Assembly (NCBI GenBank): GCA_963714975.1
Contig: CAVQQD010000002.1
Coordinates: 519,641-583,640 of the forward strand
DNA: 64,000 bases
Origin: an uncultured Gammaproteobacteria bacterium
GTDB taxonomy: Bacteria; Pseudomonadota; Gammaproteobacteria; JAURND01
Direction of reading: 5' to 3'
The notes under the pieces were generated by a model. The model made no database searches. It was not told the DNA's origin and was given only the letters and a program-made list of their open reading frames with translations. This document shows, piece after piece, positions 62,682 to 64,000 of the stretch; position 1 is the stretch's first letter, and each line of letters opens with the position of its first letter. The translations under genes and the position numbers were made by a program.

Positions 62682-64000
62682 ATGCCAATTATTACTTTGC
62701 CCGATGGGCATACTAAACATTTCCCCCAACCGGTAACTGTGGCTGAAGTCGCAGCGAGTATAGGTTCTGGTCTAGCTAAAGCGGCGTTGGCTGGAAAAGT
62801 GAACGGCCAATTGGTTGATACTTCCTACTTGCTGGAGCAAGATGTCGAAGCCAATCTGGCCATCATTACTGACAAAGATCCGGAAGGCCTGGAAATACTC
62901 CGGCATTCGTCGGCGCATTTATTAGCTCACGCCGTGAAACAATTGTTTCCGCAAGCACAAGTGACGATTGGACCGGTTATTGCCGATGGTTTTTATTATG
63001 ATTTCTCTTATCCACCTGGTTTCACTCTTGACGATTTGCTTGCGATTGAAGCACGGATGCGCGAACTAGCGGCGCAGGATTTCTCCGTCAGCCGCAAGGT
63101 GGTGACCCGGGAAGAAGCCTTGGCTTTTTTTCGAGCCCAAGGTGAAATTTACAAGGCGCAGATTATCGAGGCTATCCCCGAAACCGAAACACTCAGCTTG
63201 TATCAACAAGGCGATTTCGTCGATCTCTGCCGCGGCCCGCATGTACCGCGTACCGGAATGTTAAAAGTATTTAAATTAACGCATTTAGCCGGCGCTTATT
63301 GGCGGGGTGATGCTAATAATGAAATGCTGCAGCGGATTTATGGCACGGCTTGGTCGGATAAAAAAGCTTTAGAGGATTATCTGCATCGACTCGAAGAAGC
63401 TGAAAAACGTGATCATCGTAAATTGGCAAAGAAATTAGATTTATTTCATTTGCAAGAAGAAGCTCCAGGAATGGTGTTTTGGCATCCGGATGGTTGGACG
63501 ATTTATCAAACGATCGAGCGCTATCTACGTCGCAAACTGCGTCAACAGGATTATCAGGAAATCCGTACCCCGCAATTATTGGATCGAAGTTTATGGGAAA
63601 AATCCGGCCATTGGGACAAATTTGGCGAGGATATGTTTTATTCTGAATCGGAATCGCGGCATTTTGCTATTAAGCCCATGAACTGTCCTTGCCATGTCCA
63701 AGTGTTCAAGCAAGGCTTGCGTAGTTATCGAGATTTGCCATTGCGCCTAGCTGAATTTGGAGTGTTACATCGTAATGAATCCTCGGGTAGCTTGCATGGC
63801 TTATTGCGTGTGCGCAGTTTTGTGCAAGATGATGGGCATATTTTCTGTACTGAAGAACAAATTGTTTCAGAGGGGGTGCGCTTTATTCAGCAACTGCGTG
63901 AGGTGTATGCGGATTTTGGCTTTAATTCCATTATCGTCAAATTATCTACTCGTCCTGATAAACGCATTGGCAGCGATGAGATTTGGGATAAGGCTGAGCA
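62682..64000 (+). CDS. thrS: Threonyl-tRNA synthetase, N-terminal roughly 440 aa (continues beyond window)
   Basis: '[28 protein letters not shown]' TGS domain; '[11 protein letters not shown]'; class II core motifs begin near the window end. No stop before 64000. Confidence 0.85.
   Translation, partial: MPIITLPDGHTKHFPQPVTVAEVAASIGSGLAKAALAGKVNGQLVDTSYLLEQDVEANLAIITDKDPEGLEILRHSSAHLLAHAVKQLFPQAQVTIGPVIADGFYYDFSYPPGFTLDDLLAIEARMRELAAQDFSVSRKVVTREEALAFFRAQGEIYKAQIIEAIPETETLSLYQQGDFVDLCRGPHVPRTGMLKVFKLTHLAGAYWRGDANNEMLQRIYGTAWSDKKALEDYLHRLEEAEKRDHRKLAKKLDLFHLQEEAPGMVFWHPDGWTIYQTIERYLRRKLRQQDYQEIRTPQLLDRSLWEKSGHWDKFGEDMFYSESESRHFAIKPMNCPCHVQVFKQGLRSYRDLPLRLAEFGVLHRNESSGSLHGLLRVRSFVQDDGHIFCTEEQIVSEGVRFIQQLREVYADFGFNSIIVKLSTRPDKRIGSDEIWDKAE

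Overview
This 64 kb window is a gammaproteobacterial chromosome segment. GC looks to be in the low-to-mid 40s % by eye, and housekeeping synteny resembles E. coli and Legionellales. Conserved blocks run in this order: apt, pncB, ffh, ypjD, yfjD, tilS, then pyrG-kdsA-eno-ftsB-ispD-ispF-surE-yqaA-nlpD-mutL, then clpB, maeB, purB, znuCB, pstSCAB-phoBR, then the 5' half of the dcw cluster (mraZ-rsmH-ftsL-ftsI-murE-murF-mraY), then ung, tsaD and the start of thrS.

Accessory islets sit between these blocks:
- 13.2-15.2 kb: a toxin-antitoxin pair, a frameshifted CheY-like receiver and a membrane protein.
- 25.3-29.2 kb: two COG1373-type AAA ATPases flanking an F-box-like membrane protein.
- 44.4-49.4 kb: a YhcG-type PDDEXK nuclease, a cupin, an HTH regulator and hypotheticals, sitting where the dcw cluster breaks off.
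- 57.0-60.9 kb: effector-like ORFs, one with ankyrin-like repeats.

The most striking property is the density of short dispersed palindromic repeats. There are at least five families and more than 30 copies. Many copies sit inside conserved genes in frame (tilS, nlpD, mutL twice, murF, the pyrG 3' end, the ispD 5' end, a pstC-pstA junction that becomes one ORF, and a secreted hypothetical). Others donate a Shine-Dalgarno or start codon to downstream genes. One copy has expanded into about 11.5 copies of a 19-bp tandem repeat upstream of the malic enzyme gene.

Single-base frameshifts are unusually frequent. clpB carries six indels, a tyrosine integrase is in several pieces, and mraY, murF, pstS, the receiver and a hypothetical each carry one. 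These are either genuine gene decay or uncorrected sequencing error, and the sequence alone cannot decide. No rRNA, tRNA, CRISPR array or intact IS element was found. The taxon cannot be confirmed from sequence alone; the ankyrin-like and F-box-like ORFs and the gene content are consistent with a Legionellales/Coxiellaceae-like intracellular bacterium.
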